64,000 nucleotides of DNA from Tubiluchus corallicola (Eukaryota > Animalia > Priapulida): positions 802,066 through 866,065 of the forward strand of contig JAQGDQ010000011.1 of assembly GCA_030141605.1 (NCBI GenBank), given 5' to 3'. This document shows, piece after piece, positions 55,201 to 64,000 of the stretch (position 1 is its first letter; the number at the start of each line of letters is the position of its first letter). Under the pieces are notes generated by a model that was not told the origin of the DNA, made no database searches, and was given only the letters and a program-made list of their open reading frames with translations. The translations under genes were made by a program, and so were the position numbers.

Positions 55201-58200
55201 GAGATGCCAATATACCTATTAAATCATGGCAAATGTGACATTTCTTTTATCATTTCAGAATGCTTTTGCAAAAAATTAAAATCTCTGTGTGTGCAATGTG
55301 TTTTTTCAGGACAGGATGGTTGCTCATGTTGCCTACTACTTGAACATTTATAAAATTCATTTACCATTTTGTGTTAACTTTCATGGATGTTCCAATTAAA
55401 TCTTTTATCCCTTAGGTATTATTAAAGTTCAGACGTCCAACTTTGGTATGAATGTAAGTGCTTCTCTTATTTTAGTGAAACTGGAAAAAGAGATCAAGAA
55501 GCCAAAGAAGCCAGCGGACGGCACGTTTCTTCAGGACGGCTCCTGCAGTGAAGTGACACCAAAATTAGCAAAGTGCCGCGAGTGCAAGATGACGCCTTTG
55601 CAGAAGAGCAAAAACATGCCCAACATTTTCTGTCGCTTCTACGCATTCCGCCGGTATGTGTAATGATGTTATCCTTAATTATTAATTGTATTTTCGACAT
55701 AATCGAATTTTTTAACGAATAGTTCATCTAATTGTAACGTGTCATTGCCAGATTATAAGTAGTCATCCTTTTCTGAAATTTTGTTTTGCCTGAACTTGCA
55801 CGTGCAAAGGGTATTTTTCACTTTCTAATTTACTTGATGATACAACAAGAAAATTTTAGTTAAAACTGTACCTAGAGCAGCTTACTTTTCTTGAAGATCT
55901 TGTTCTTATAAACTGTTTGAAATTATGAAATATCTAGTTGACTTCATGTCCACTTATTGTTGCCCCATGGTTATTAATTTTTTTTTAAGCAAAATTAAAC
56001 CAAAATCATACATGTTAGCTTGCATTTGAATCAGAGACCTCAAATAAATAAGCCACTGATTACTGTATTATTTGCCTTGTGACTGATTTGTCTTATGCAA
56101 CTGCACACACATTTGTTTTTAGCTTTTTAGCATAATAAATGACGGTTTTTACTTTTCAGGCTAAAGAAAAGCTCCAAAGGCATTTTGCAAATAGCTGGTT
56201 TCTCCGAACCCATTGACGCTGTAGATGAAGACATGAAGCCGTGGCTACCGCAAGTTGATGTTAGAAATCATCTGCGACTAGACCCGAAAATTGCCAAATA
56301 CGTACTCGGTTTAATAGGCGATCAATTCTGTGATTTGGTAGAACAAGAAACGGAGGCACGCGGATGGGCCACTGATGATGGTATGACTGCTATTTACACT
56401 CAAAAATTTCTCAGATGCATTGTCATTATTTGCAGAGAAAAGAATATTTTGTATTATTATTATTACTGTTAAGTATTTTTACAGTTAATTATTTTTATTA
56501 TTATTTTAATGTCTTAGTTATCACATCAATACGTTAACTTTTGAAAAATAACAACAGGGTGCCTGAATCTTCCAGTTTCTTTCTGCATTATAGGGCAGAC
56601 ATGTGACAATGTGTTTTAGCTGCAGTGCCTGAAATGTTTAAAGAAAAACTATACCCAACCTTAACTGTAGCTAACAAAGTAACTGTAGAACAGTCCTGCA
56701 AAATGTTGAAAAGGAACGTACGATTTTTTTCAGGAATGACTAACTTGAATTATCGCAGAAACGTAGTTTCGCATTCGCATGACTAGTTCTTCATTGCTAC
56801 ATGCATTGTACTATTCGCTAGTTAAACAGGCACTAATGCCTACATATCTGAAACACGTTTCATAAAAAACAGGTGCTGCATTTCTCACTTTAGATGTGTT
56901 CATTTGTGATGTAGTGCAAACGTTCGAGGAGCTCCTGCATGAACACATCGGTAAACTTAAAATTTGTTGAGTTTTCGTATATATCACTCTGAATTGCATA
57001 GTAGCACTGTACTTCAGTTTTCGCTTTCGCAAACACGTTCATGGTCATAAAATGCGACATGGTCATGGAATGTTTGTGTTAAAACTTATATTCATTTGTG
57101 ATGCCATCACTAGTTGGGCTAGCCTGCCATTAAATTTTTAACCTGTTATTTAATTATCAGAAATAGTTTGGCATTATTATAGGTGTTAAAATGTATACTT
57201 TTCACTGTACTTCAAAATGTTGTAGGATATGAACATCCTGTTTTCTTTTAATTAAGCCCCAAACCAAGATACCTAGCTGATGGTCATTATTTTATGAGCA
57301 TAAAACCCTGATACCTTGTGTGTAGTTACTGCGCAAACTGACACAACTTATAATAATGTATGGTTTCAAAAACTAATTAATAAATGATTCATTTAACAGA
57401 CTTTGCTTCATTTCTTTTAAAAGTAGGGTGTAGTCAGTTGAAGTTTCACAGCTTTCATTATTATTCATTTCAGTTGACACAGCATGGAAACGGGTGGTGC
57501 AAGGAGTGAGGGAAATGTGCGACGTATGTGAGACGACATTGTTCAACTACCACTGGGTATGTCACAAGTGCGGCTTCGTCGTGTGCCTGGACTGCTACCG
57601 TGCCAGAAAAGAGCAGGCTGAGAGCGACTCGGACAAGAATGGCCACAGTAAGGACAGAGACAAGTACAACTGGCTAACGTGCAACAACAAGTCTCGACAC
57701 GAAATGGACAAGCTGATGTTAACACAGATTATTCCAGGCAATGGTAAGAAACACATTCGCAGATCTGCGTGATCATGTATTAAAAACTATATTTATGATA
57801 TTTTTATTAGTTGTAACAAATTCCATATGCATTTTCACCATATCGTCTTTCGATATAGCAAAAGAATCTTCTGTTAATCCAAAATGCCAATAACCACTAG
57901 CTAGCCTTTATGATCCCAATTGATATTTGTTTACTATTAGCCTAAAACCTGTCTAACAAACATTGCCAGGCTAGTCAATACTTGCCATAACACAATAGCT
58001 TCTAATATTATTTGTGAAAAAATGTTTGCTGCATCACTTGATAGCATCTGATCTTTGTTACAGCGTTGATGGACATCAAGAACAGCATTGTGGAAGTTCG
58101 TTCCAAATGGAACATACCCGAGGGGTATCCATGCAACTCGCCTTCCAGCAAGGCAGCTCGACCAAACGGCCTACATCAAGACATATTGGCAAAGATCAAC

Positions 58201-61200
58201 AGTCGCTTGGCAGATGGAATTAATCGTGAGAAACTTGTTAATGGATTGACAGAACGCGTAACTGCTAAGAAGAATGGAACGAATAAAAACTCTCCGACTA
58301 GTGGGTATAGTCCAGCAGCAGCCTCTCCACTTAGCTGGCTAGCTGACGTGAGTGTTTTTTTGAGTTTGGCACTTGACAGTATTCGCATGTTATACCGTGA
58401 CGTTTTGAAAGCACATTATCTATCCATAATTGTCAGGCGCATTCTATTCATATAATTGCCAAATTAATTAATTGTAATTGATTGTTTATAATGAACATTT
58501 TTTGTAATTATATCATTGTATAACGGCCATGCAAAATAATATACCAAATTGGAATGCGGAATATTTATGTTAAGTTTTGGGTCGTAAATTGTTTAAAATT
58601 CTGAACTAGCAGCTACCAACTTTGATTTCTAGCATCTGTGCTTATCAGAGACGTGTTTCACCGATAAATCTGTTAAGTCTTTGCTTCTTAACCCTTTCAT
58701 TCGTCTTTTTTGGGTAGGTGGCGTTAAATTCCTCTACGGGTATATACGGCAGCAAAACAAAAATTGAAAGTGCAGAATTCGGAAAAGAAAGTGATAATTT
58801 TGAACTTGCCGAAGAGGACAGAACATGTTCAACGCTCAGAAATTTGTTAACAAAATCTCCTTCTGTGACCAGTAGTAATGGCAACAGCAGCGGCAAAGTC
58901 AGCGACAAGTTTACCAATCACGAGAGGTGCAAATCTTCACCGGGTAACACGAAAACTATTGATGAAGTGATCTCATGTGTAATAGAACAAAGCCTGTCAA
59001 CAAATTGTAGTGATCAGCCCGAGCGGACAATAACGCTTAGTCATTACGTGCCTAAACAACCGCGACTACAATCTAAGGTGCCTCAGCTCCAACCGGTGAA
59101 ACGAACATTGATGGAGACAAGTGTGCGCTATCCCGATGTTCCGCATTCGTGGCTGTGCGACGGAAGAGTGTTACGACTGCATGATCACTGTAACAAAACC
59201 AACTTTAAGCTGTTCCAGGAACAGTGGAAATGTGGCCTGGTGAGTCAACAATTCTGATTTTCTTTAGGAAAGTAATCATTTTACATGTGCAAATGTTATC
59301 AAGAAGGCATAAAATTTGATGTTTGAAATATGTGGGATCTATTTTCCAGAATGGATTGTACTTTACTTTACACAAAGGTCATTCATATTAACTTGCAACA
59401 GTACAAAACATGCATCTGATATTAATTTTCTTTCCACCAACTTCACATTTATGTAGATTTATATAACTTATATATGGTGAAGATTATACTTTTCAACATT
59501 TTGCCATTAGCTGCAGTAGGAATCTTACATTTCCTTCCATTGGTCTTAAACGACATTCATGTTTTTTTAGCCTGTGGTTGTCTCGTCTGTGCACAAGGCT
59601 CTAAATGCAGATATCTGGAGGCCGGAGGCATTCTGTAAAGAATTTGGGAATGAAAGAGTGGACGTGGTAAACTACCGCACCGGAACTGTTCACAGCAACC
59701 AGTCTATGAAGTCTTTCTGGGATGGTTTTGAAAAGATTTCAAGTAAGCTTGTACTTTGTAAATTTTGTTTAATGTAGTTTGCATTCTGACACGTGTCATT
59801 GAACTGTCTGTAGGGTGATACGACTTTATGAATTTTCTCACAGTGAGTAGTTTAACCTGACTAATCCACAATCGGATCCCATTTGTGACTTTTTGTTTTA
59901 TTGCAGAGCGACTGAAAGATGACGCCGACATGCCTGTGCTGTTAAAAGTCAAAGACTGGCCACCAAGTGATGATTTCAGTCTGATGATGCCTAGTCGCTT
60001 TGAAGATCTTATAAGTAACACTCCAATTCCCGAGTATACTCGACGCGATGGTTTGCTCAACTTAGCTGCAAGGCTACCAGATTTCTTTGTTAGGCCTGAC
60101 CTGGGTCCCCGGATGTATTTGGCTTATGGTAAATTTGCATTTTAACATGTTTTTATGTCTTGTCTATTGTGCTTTCCGATATGCTTTCTTTCTTTCGCAA
60201 ATGTTGCCAGTAAAATGCTTGACTAGCAACATATGTTGCCAGTGAAATGCTTGGCTTGTCATATATAATTTCATTTACTGTCAAGCTGACTTTACGGTTG
60301 CTTCTGTACTATTTTAGTTTTTCTCATGGTGACTGAAAGCTAAACATTTAATGGCTGTCTTATGGATTTTGATAAATTTCTTATTGACATGTTAGTCACG
60401 TTAAAGCTTGTTATTTTTACTCACGAAGTACATGACTCCTAAATTTGAAACTTGTTTCCTTGGCTAATCATAGTCATTGTCAAGAGCAAATAACCTTTGA
60501 GATGAGTGAAAGTTTTCTCTGCTTGGCAAACAAGTAATCACTGCTTGTTTTCCAGGCTCAGCTTCATACCCTCGTGAAGGAACGGCTAATCTCCATCTGG
60601 AGATTAGTGATGCCGTCAACATACTTGTTCATGTCGCAGGTTCCGAAGATGACACAGACAGTGAAGGTAACTCCCATTTCATTGGCGTAGGAAGACGTTT
60701 CAGTAGCCTCTTCTTGAGAAGTAACTGGTATAAGCTCGTGTTTGTTGAGTTCTTTCATGCACTGATTGTCTTCGGCAGTATTAATTTCAACATAACCAAA
60801 CTCTGTGACTCAGAATCATGTTTTAACAGAGGAGATTATGGGAAAAGACAAAAAGAAAAATTTCTAGACAAATAATTTTAGATACTAGACTTCAGTTCAA
60901 AAGAGCTAAAGTTTGAAAATTTTAGTCTCTACTAGTGATGCTGCAATACTAAGGTTGCTAGTCTTTTCTGAATGTTCTTGACAACTTTATTAATTACAGC
61001 AGTACTAAAGGCCATCGAAGGAGCTAACGTGGACATGTCTACCAAAGCCAGAGTACGTGAAAACAAGGAGCCGGCTGGGGCATTGTGGCACGTATATCCC
61101 GAGAAAGATGCTGACAAGATTCGTGACCTTCTCAACAAGGTATGTCGAGGTGTCAAAATTTGTTTAGATAATATTTTTACACGTGTTACAAATTGTGTAC

Positions 61201-62774
61201 CTTTAGTAGGTATTAGTAATATTGCTTCTTCATATATAGAGAGGTACTTGAGCTCTTGTTTTATATGTTGTGAAATTGCTGAGAATATGGACATGTAAAT
61301 TCCCAGATAGATGTAGAAGTTCATTGTTAACTGCACTTGTAGGTGGCCACGGAAAGAGGAGAGAAACCCACTTTGGACCACGATCCAATCCACGAACAGT
61401 CTTGGTATCTTGATTCGTATCTACGCGAGCGTCTGTATAAAGAGTATGACGTGGAGGGTTTCTGTATTGTCCAGTTTCTTGGTGATGCCGTTTTCATACC
61501 TGCCGGTGTACCTCATCAGGTAAATTTAATTGTATTTCTTTATCACGAATTTATTGATATTAGAATTTTCTATTCTTTTCTCTGCTTGTGATTCATTTTA
61601 TGATGACCAAGGACATACTGAGTAATAGTGGCAGTCTTCCTTGAAAATAATTCAGCTTTCTGTGCTTGGACACAGTCATTTATTTAATAGCGTATTTTAT
61701 GTTATCCATTACTGGAATAGTGCCCATTTTTAGCCTCGCGAAATTCATTAGTGAATTTGGACTTTAAAACTTGAAATTTTTTACATTTAAGTTTGTAAAC
61801 TAACATGTAAATGTCATAAGCACTTCAATGAATATTATGCGTAGAATAGCGTATATTTTAAACTCAGAGTTAAAATGAAATGTGGTCTAAACTGGCATGT
61901 TTTCCTTTAAGTTGAATACTGAAGTTTACGAATAGCGACCAGAAATTTTTTCAAAATTAAACTGTCCCAAATTGCTTTGTGTTCTCATTTTGTCAAACTG
62001 TGCATGCTTATCAATATCATCATCAGGGTTTGCATAACATGAGGAATACACCGTGAGAAAGTGTCATAAGTTCATTCAGTTTTTAACCACTTAATGTATT
62101 TCAGGTGAGAAATCTTCAGAGTTGCATCAAGGTCGCTCAGGACTTTGTGTCGCCCGAGGGAATCGGCAACTGCTTTAAACTTACGCAAGAGTCACGGCAG
62201 TTTGCTGATGTGCAAAGTCGTCATGAAGACAAATTACAGGTAATTGCTGCTTATTTTACCTGCAAATTTTTAATGAAAAATTGTTTTCTTGTTATAAGTT
62301 GATTCTCGTCCAAGTGAATAAACTTTGATTTCATTGTAGCCCAAAGTGTACTGGTTATAGTAGTAGTACTAATTTATTGAAAAAAGCTGTAATTTCAGAA
62401 AAGAATGCTCATAATGACGATGATGACACTTGATTCTGCACAAACAATTTAAAAATCAGCGATATTTTACTGTGTTTTAACAAATTATATTTTACACTTG
62501 TTAATGCCAGTTAATACATTACTTGTTAATGTAATTTTGGACTTTGAGAGATAATTTGGCTGAAAATACGACAATTTTTAGGCTTCAATGTGATAATCAG
62601 CGTCACTCAAAACGGCAACCCTGTGTTACTACACAATGTATTACTATGTCACTTAACATATGAACTACTGAAATAATCACACTGGATTTTCTATTTCAGA
62701 TCAAGAATATCATATACCATGCAGTCAAGGACTCTGTGGGTGTATTGCAGCACAACGACGTCAGCGATTGCTAA
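4059..62774 (+). CDS. KDM3: Multi-exon KDM3/JMJD1-family JmjC histone demethylase (JMJD1C-like); 23 coding exons in the window, 5'-partial, about 2,498 aa
   Basis: Hand-spliced exons are phase-consistent throughout (7,497 nt including stop). Family hallmarks: [16 protein letters not shown]-terminus, [33 protein letters not shown] zinc finger, [75 protein letters not shown]. Confidence 0.97.
14152..14206. repeat. Short degenerate tandem repeat (cctcaaa core, 4 copies)
   Basis: gagcctcaaaacg / cagcctcaaaagc / aacctcaaaagc / cctcaaac. Confidence 0.7.
16516..16535. repeat. (CT)10 microsatellite
   Basis: Read directly from the sequence. Confidence 0.9.
21375..21401. repeat. 13-bp tandem duplication agtaccaggaaac x2
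   Basis: Read directly from the sequence. Confidence 0.85.
21838..22230 (+). mobile_element. Probable 5'-truncated non-LTR retrotransposon (LINE) 3' end remnant
   Basis: Reads NDLRHVF, then after a frameshift [23 protein letters not shown]...LANLISNYI. This resembles the extreme C-terminus of invertebrate LINE ORF2, after the CCHC motif. It is followed by a T-rich tail and AATAAA at 22217-22222. No RT core and no clear target-site duplication. Confidence 0.55.
22301..22417 (+). CDS. KDM3: KDM3/JMJD1C-like exon B ([39 protein letters not shown]); not in the ORF track
   Basis: Acceptor ttttttgcag, donor gtaagt, 117 nt, phase 0-0. Resembles JMJD1C TFKPLVE...AVEFLVDKQLDFL...QPYQ. Confidence 0.9.
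23826..23838. promoter_or_regulatory. RFX X-box match GTTGCCTAGCAAC
   Basis: Matches the GTNRCC-N-RGYAAC consensus; function not shown. Confidence 0.35.
24242..24318. repeat. Degenerate tetranucleotide microsatellite (GTTG/GATT/GCTG-type units)
   Basis: gttggcttgttagttgttcgttgattggttagttggctgattgattggggtttggttggctgatcg shows 4-nt periodicity. Confidence 0.75.
40272..40291 (+). mobile_element. Isolated tRNA T-arm / Pol III B-box, possible tRNA-derived SINE remnant
   Basis: GGGTTCGAATCCC at 40275-40287. No A-box and no cloverleaf. Confidence 0.35.
44217..44303. repeat. Tandem duplication, 42-bp unit x2 (1 mismatch)
   Basis: tttgtcagaggtctgtaaata(g/a)cacaaggatgatgccacttg repeated. Confidence 0.95.
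45643..45849 (+). CDS. KDM3: KDM3/JMJD1C-like exon C ([10 protein letters not shown]...[26 protein letters not shown]), Tudor/SH3-like barrel
   Basis: Acceptor ttattacag, donor gtaagt, 207 nt, phase 0-0. Resembles JMJD1C GYRVRVYRQDSATQWFTGII. Confidence 0.94.
46451..46535 (+). CDS. KDM3: KDM3/JMJD1C-like exon D ([28 protein letters not shown])
   Basis: Acceptor tttattgcag, donor gtaggt, 85 nt, phase 0-1. Resembles JMJD1C MIVMNDQVLEPQNVDPSMVQM. Confidence 0.92.
47054..47142 (+). CDS. KDM3: KDM3/JMJD1C-like exon E ([30 protein letters not shown])
   Basis: Acceptor ttttttcag, donor gtatgt, 89 nt, phase 1-0. Resembles JMJD1C VVHSLLKGENIGITSRRRS. Confidence 0.92.
47476..47611 (+). CDS. KDM3: KDM3/JMJD1C-like exon F ([10 protein letters not shown]...EPKSPQ), low complexity
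   Basis: Acceptor gtttttacag, donor gtaagc, 136 nt, phase 0-1. Bridges the phase between exons E and G. Confidence 0.82.
48070..49573 (+). CDS. KDM3: KDM3/JMJD1C-like exon G, large K/S/E-rich then P/Q/M-rich disordered exon (alternative acceptor at 48073)
   Basis: Inside the 525-aa ORF 48000..49577. Acceptor ttttagcag (NAGNAG), donor AG|gtgagt, phase 1-2. Confidence 0.9.
50863..51136 (+). CDS. KDM3: KDM3/JMJD1C-like exon H, E/R/K-rich charged helix ending in [11 protein letters not shown]
   Basis: Acceptor tttttatctag, donor AAG|gttaat (weaker), 274 nt, phase 2-0. Purine-rich with a coding-type composition. Confidence 0.88.
51423..51578 (+). CDS. KDM3: KDM3/JMJD1C-like exon I ([11 protein letters not shown]...ELQMSQ)
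   Basis: Acceptor catttcag, donor gtaaac, 156 nt, phase 0-0. Confidence 0.82.
51717..51875 (+). CDS. KDM3: KDM3/JMJD1C-like exon J, Q-rich (ERAMSYDQR...QQQSTRQLT)
   Basis: Acceptor aaatttcag, donor gtatgt, 159 nt, phase 0-0, CAG-rich polyQ. Confidence 0.86.
52501..54607 (+). CDS. KDM3: KDM3/JMJD1C-like exon K, largest exon (contains [19 protein letters not shown] and basic AT-hook-like motifs)
   Basis: Acceptor cttttag(cag), donor G|gtaagt, 2,107 nt, phase 0-1. PPPLIRH and [11 protein letters not shown] resemble JMJD1C PPPLIKH and KLKKAWLTRHS. Confidence 0.93.
55476..55653 (+). CDS. KDM3: KDM3/JMJD1C-like exon L ([20 protein letters not shown]...FCRFYAFR)
   Basis: Acceptor ttattttag, donor gtatgt, phase 1-2. 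Conserved KDM3 Cys-rich block. Confidence 0.96.
56160..56380 (+). CDS. KDM3: KDM3/JMJD1C-like exon M ([18 protein letters not shown]...[19 protein letters not shown])
   Basis: Acceptor acttttcag, donor gtatga, phase 2-1. Conserved AKY.L..IGD.FC.LV..E. Confidence 0.96.
57474..57743 (+). CDS. KDM3: KDM3/JMJD1C-like exon N, C6-type zinc finger ([39 protein letters not shown])
   Basis: Acceptor tcatttcag, donor gtaaga, phase 1-1. Canonical KDM3 zinc finger followed by LMLTQIIPG. Confidence 0.97.
58064..58347 (+). CDS. KDM3: KDM3/JMJD1C-like exon O (ALMDIKN...SPLSWLAD)
   Basis: Acceptor ttgttacag, donor gtgagt, phase 1-0. [10 protein letters not shown] resembles KDM3 PLHWLADLA. Confidence 0.93.
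58718..59239 (+). CDS. KDM3: KDM3/JMJD1C-like exon P, with LxxLL (LRNLL, 58835-58849) and [13 protein letters not shown]
   Basis: Acceptor ttttgggtag, donor gtgagt, 522 nt, phase 0-0. Confidence 0.94.
59571..59742 (+). CDS. KDM3: KDM3/JMJD1C-like exon Q (PVVVSSVHK...FWDGFEKIS)
   Basis: Acceptor tttttttag, donor gtaagc, phase 0-1. Confidence 0.96.
59907..60128 (+). CDS. KDM3: KDM3/JMJD1C-like exon R (KRLKDD...LKVKDWPP...[11 protein letters not shown]), start of JmjC
   Basis: Acceptor ttattgcag, donor gtaaat, phase 1-1. Confidence 0.97.
60201..60265. repeat. Degenerate tandem duplication, 32-bp period, spanning the palindrome GCAACATATGTTGC (60226-60239)
   Basis: atgttgccagt(a/g)aaatgcttg at 60201 and 60233. 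Confidence 0.8.
60556..60666 (+). CDS. KDM3: KDM3/JMJD1C-like exon S ([29 protein letters not shown]...), carries the HxE iron ligands; not in the ORF track
   Basis: Acceptor gttttccag, donor gtaact, 111 nt, phase 1-1. His codon 60594-60596, Glu codon 60600-60602. Confidence 0.95.
61000..61139 (+). CDS. KDM3: KDM3/JMJD1C-like exon T (AVLKAIEG...GALWHVY...DKIRDLLNK; alternative acceptor at 61003)
   Basis: Acceptor ttacagcag (NAGNAG), donor gtatgt, phase 1-0. Confidence 0.95.
61343..61519 (+). CDS. KDM3: KDM3/JMJD1C-like exon U ([11 protein letters not shown]...[16 protein letters not shown]), third iron ligand His at 61514-61516
   Basis: Acceptor acttgtag, donor gtaaat, 177 nt, phase 0-0. 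Confidence 0.97.
62105..62239 (+). CDS. KDM3: KDM3/JMJD1C-like exon V ([18 protein letters not shown]...HEDKLQ)
   Basis: Acceptor tatttcag, donor gtaatt, 135 nt, phase 0-0. Confidence 0.97.
62700..62774 (+). CDS. KDM3: KDM3/JMJD1C-like last coding exon W ([24 protein letters not shown])
   Basis: Acceptor ctatttcag, stop TAA 62772-62774. Matches the family C-terminus VKN.IYHAVKD. Confidence 0.96.
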   Translation: MKNIIYHAVKDSVGVLQHNDVSDC

Positions 62775-64000
62775 TACATTTTTATCTAGTCAATATAGCA
62801 GGCCTGTTAGCCGTCTGAGCAGTGGCATTGATCGAAACTGGATTCCGAGTGATTAAAACCATTTCAGCGGGTGTTGCCACATTAAACGTGAATTTCCCTA
62901 TTACTAGTTGCACCGGCATTCCGAGAGTCATTTTAATCATTATATAAAATAATTTATGCCGAATCAAAGATTTGCAGATTGCAAGACTTTTGTTGCACTT
63001 GAGGTAGCGAAACTAACTACACACTTTGTGCTTTTAAACATCGTCGTTACAACTACAGTAAAAATGATTATTTTGAAGCATGCGGATGTTGCCTTCATTT
63101 TCATAGCACCATCCCTTAGCATCTATAACACCTTAACACTGGTAGCTAGTCGTATTAGTTGTGTGTAAATAAGAGATGTCATGATTATTGTATCATTTGG
63201 GAAGATTATCATTTATCATTAAAATAAGAGGCATTTGCTTTTAGCAAGTCCTGTCGCTTGTTCTAGTGGATCACTAAGAAAGTCGATGATAATAACTGAT
63301 CATATTACGATGTTGTGTAAATAGGTTATTAATATCGTTGCCCTTCGTAATATTTAACTAACATATATCCACGCTGTAGGTAAAATCAGTTTGCACTTGT
63401 AAACTTATTGATTTTCAGCCATTTCATCGTAACTGCGAACGAAATGGAGAATATGCTCCTATTCTAGACTTTGTGTTCACATTTAAGTTACGCTCGAACA
63501 CATTTGCAAAAACCTAAAAAGAGTTGCAAAACGTTGGTACCGGATTGTACATAAAATAATTATGTTGTTGTGATTGTAATTTGTTGCTTTTATTATTATT
63601 GCTGTTGTTAGAGCATCATCGTCATCATTAACGTGTATAAATTGTTGTGCATATAAGTGAAGTTACGGGGCCAGATATAAATAAATAACGGTCAAGTGCG
63701 CATGCATGACACGTGTAACGTCATTATGAATTTTTTTGTAGTTGATATTTTTTGTTTATCTATTCATTATAATAATTGTGTAAGTCTATTGTAATATAGG
63801 TGGTGTTTCCTTTAATATCTTGTGTGCTGCTAATGCCACAGCAACTTAGTCCTTCAAACTACGTGTCAGAGTATTCTATTATTATTATAATACTTATTTA
63901 GAGAGCAACTTGCCATGTAACAAATACCCTTTGCATTAATTACGTTCTTTAAATCTTTAATTGTAAATGTATATATACTCTTTAATAGCAATATTTTTAT
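62775..64000 (+). other. Putative 3' UTR of the KDM3 gene (true end unknown)
   Basis: Follows the stop codon. AU/UG-rich, with ATTAAA at 63218-63223, AATAAA at 63680-63685 and four TGTAHATA elements. Confidence 0.6.

Noticed and set aside
61599-61660. C/D-box snoRNA candidate (ATGATGA...CTGA); similar pairs near 12682 and 47703
   Set aside because: The boxes are too close together (under 30 nt), with no terminal D box or stem and no recognisable rRNA guide.
4215-62699. U12-type or non-canonical introns
   Set aside because: All 22 reconstructed introns are GT-AG and none has the RTATCCTT U12 donor.
62760-62790. C-terminal Cys as a prenylation signal, or stop-codon readthrough
   Set aside because: DVSDC* is not CaaX, CC or CxC. 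The stop is TAA in a non-leaky context, with another in-frame stop a few codons later.

Overview
AT-rich metazoan, probably invertebrate, genomic DNA, not prokaryotic. Almost the whole window is one plus-strand, intron-rich gene of the KDM3/JMJD1 family (JMJD1C-like JmjC H3K9 demethylase). I reconstructed 23 coding exons (4059..62774) by hand. All have GT-AG introns with consistent phase and give a continuous frame of about 2,498 aa to TAA at 62772-62774. The first coding exon (about 55 aa in homologs) was not found and probably lies upstream of the window. Domain order: N-terminal PWWP/Tudor-like region, long low-complexity middle (E/R/K helix, polyQ, conserved short motifs, AT-hook-like motifs), C6 zinc finger, LxxLL, JmjC. 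Two giant introns (18,086 and 23,225 bp) contrast with 20 short 3' introns (138-1,289 bp). Best leads: (1) a Vestigial/VGLL Tondu-like VxxHFxxSL motif, a possible TEAD-binding site, together with an intronic TEAD-site cluster; (2) non-canonical JmjC active-site residues (GTANLHLE); (3) an unannotated in-frame alternative exon; (4) four Pumilio elements in the 3' UTR; (5) a CpG mosaic suggesting unmethylated regulatory islands in the giant introns. No CRISPR, rRNA, intact tRNA or intact transposon was seen. Homolog sequences quoted are from memory and no database search was run.
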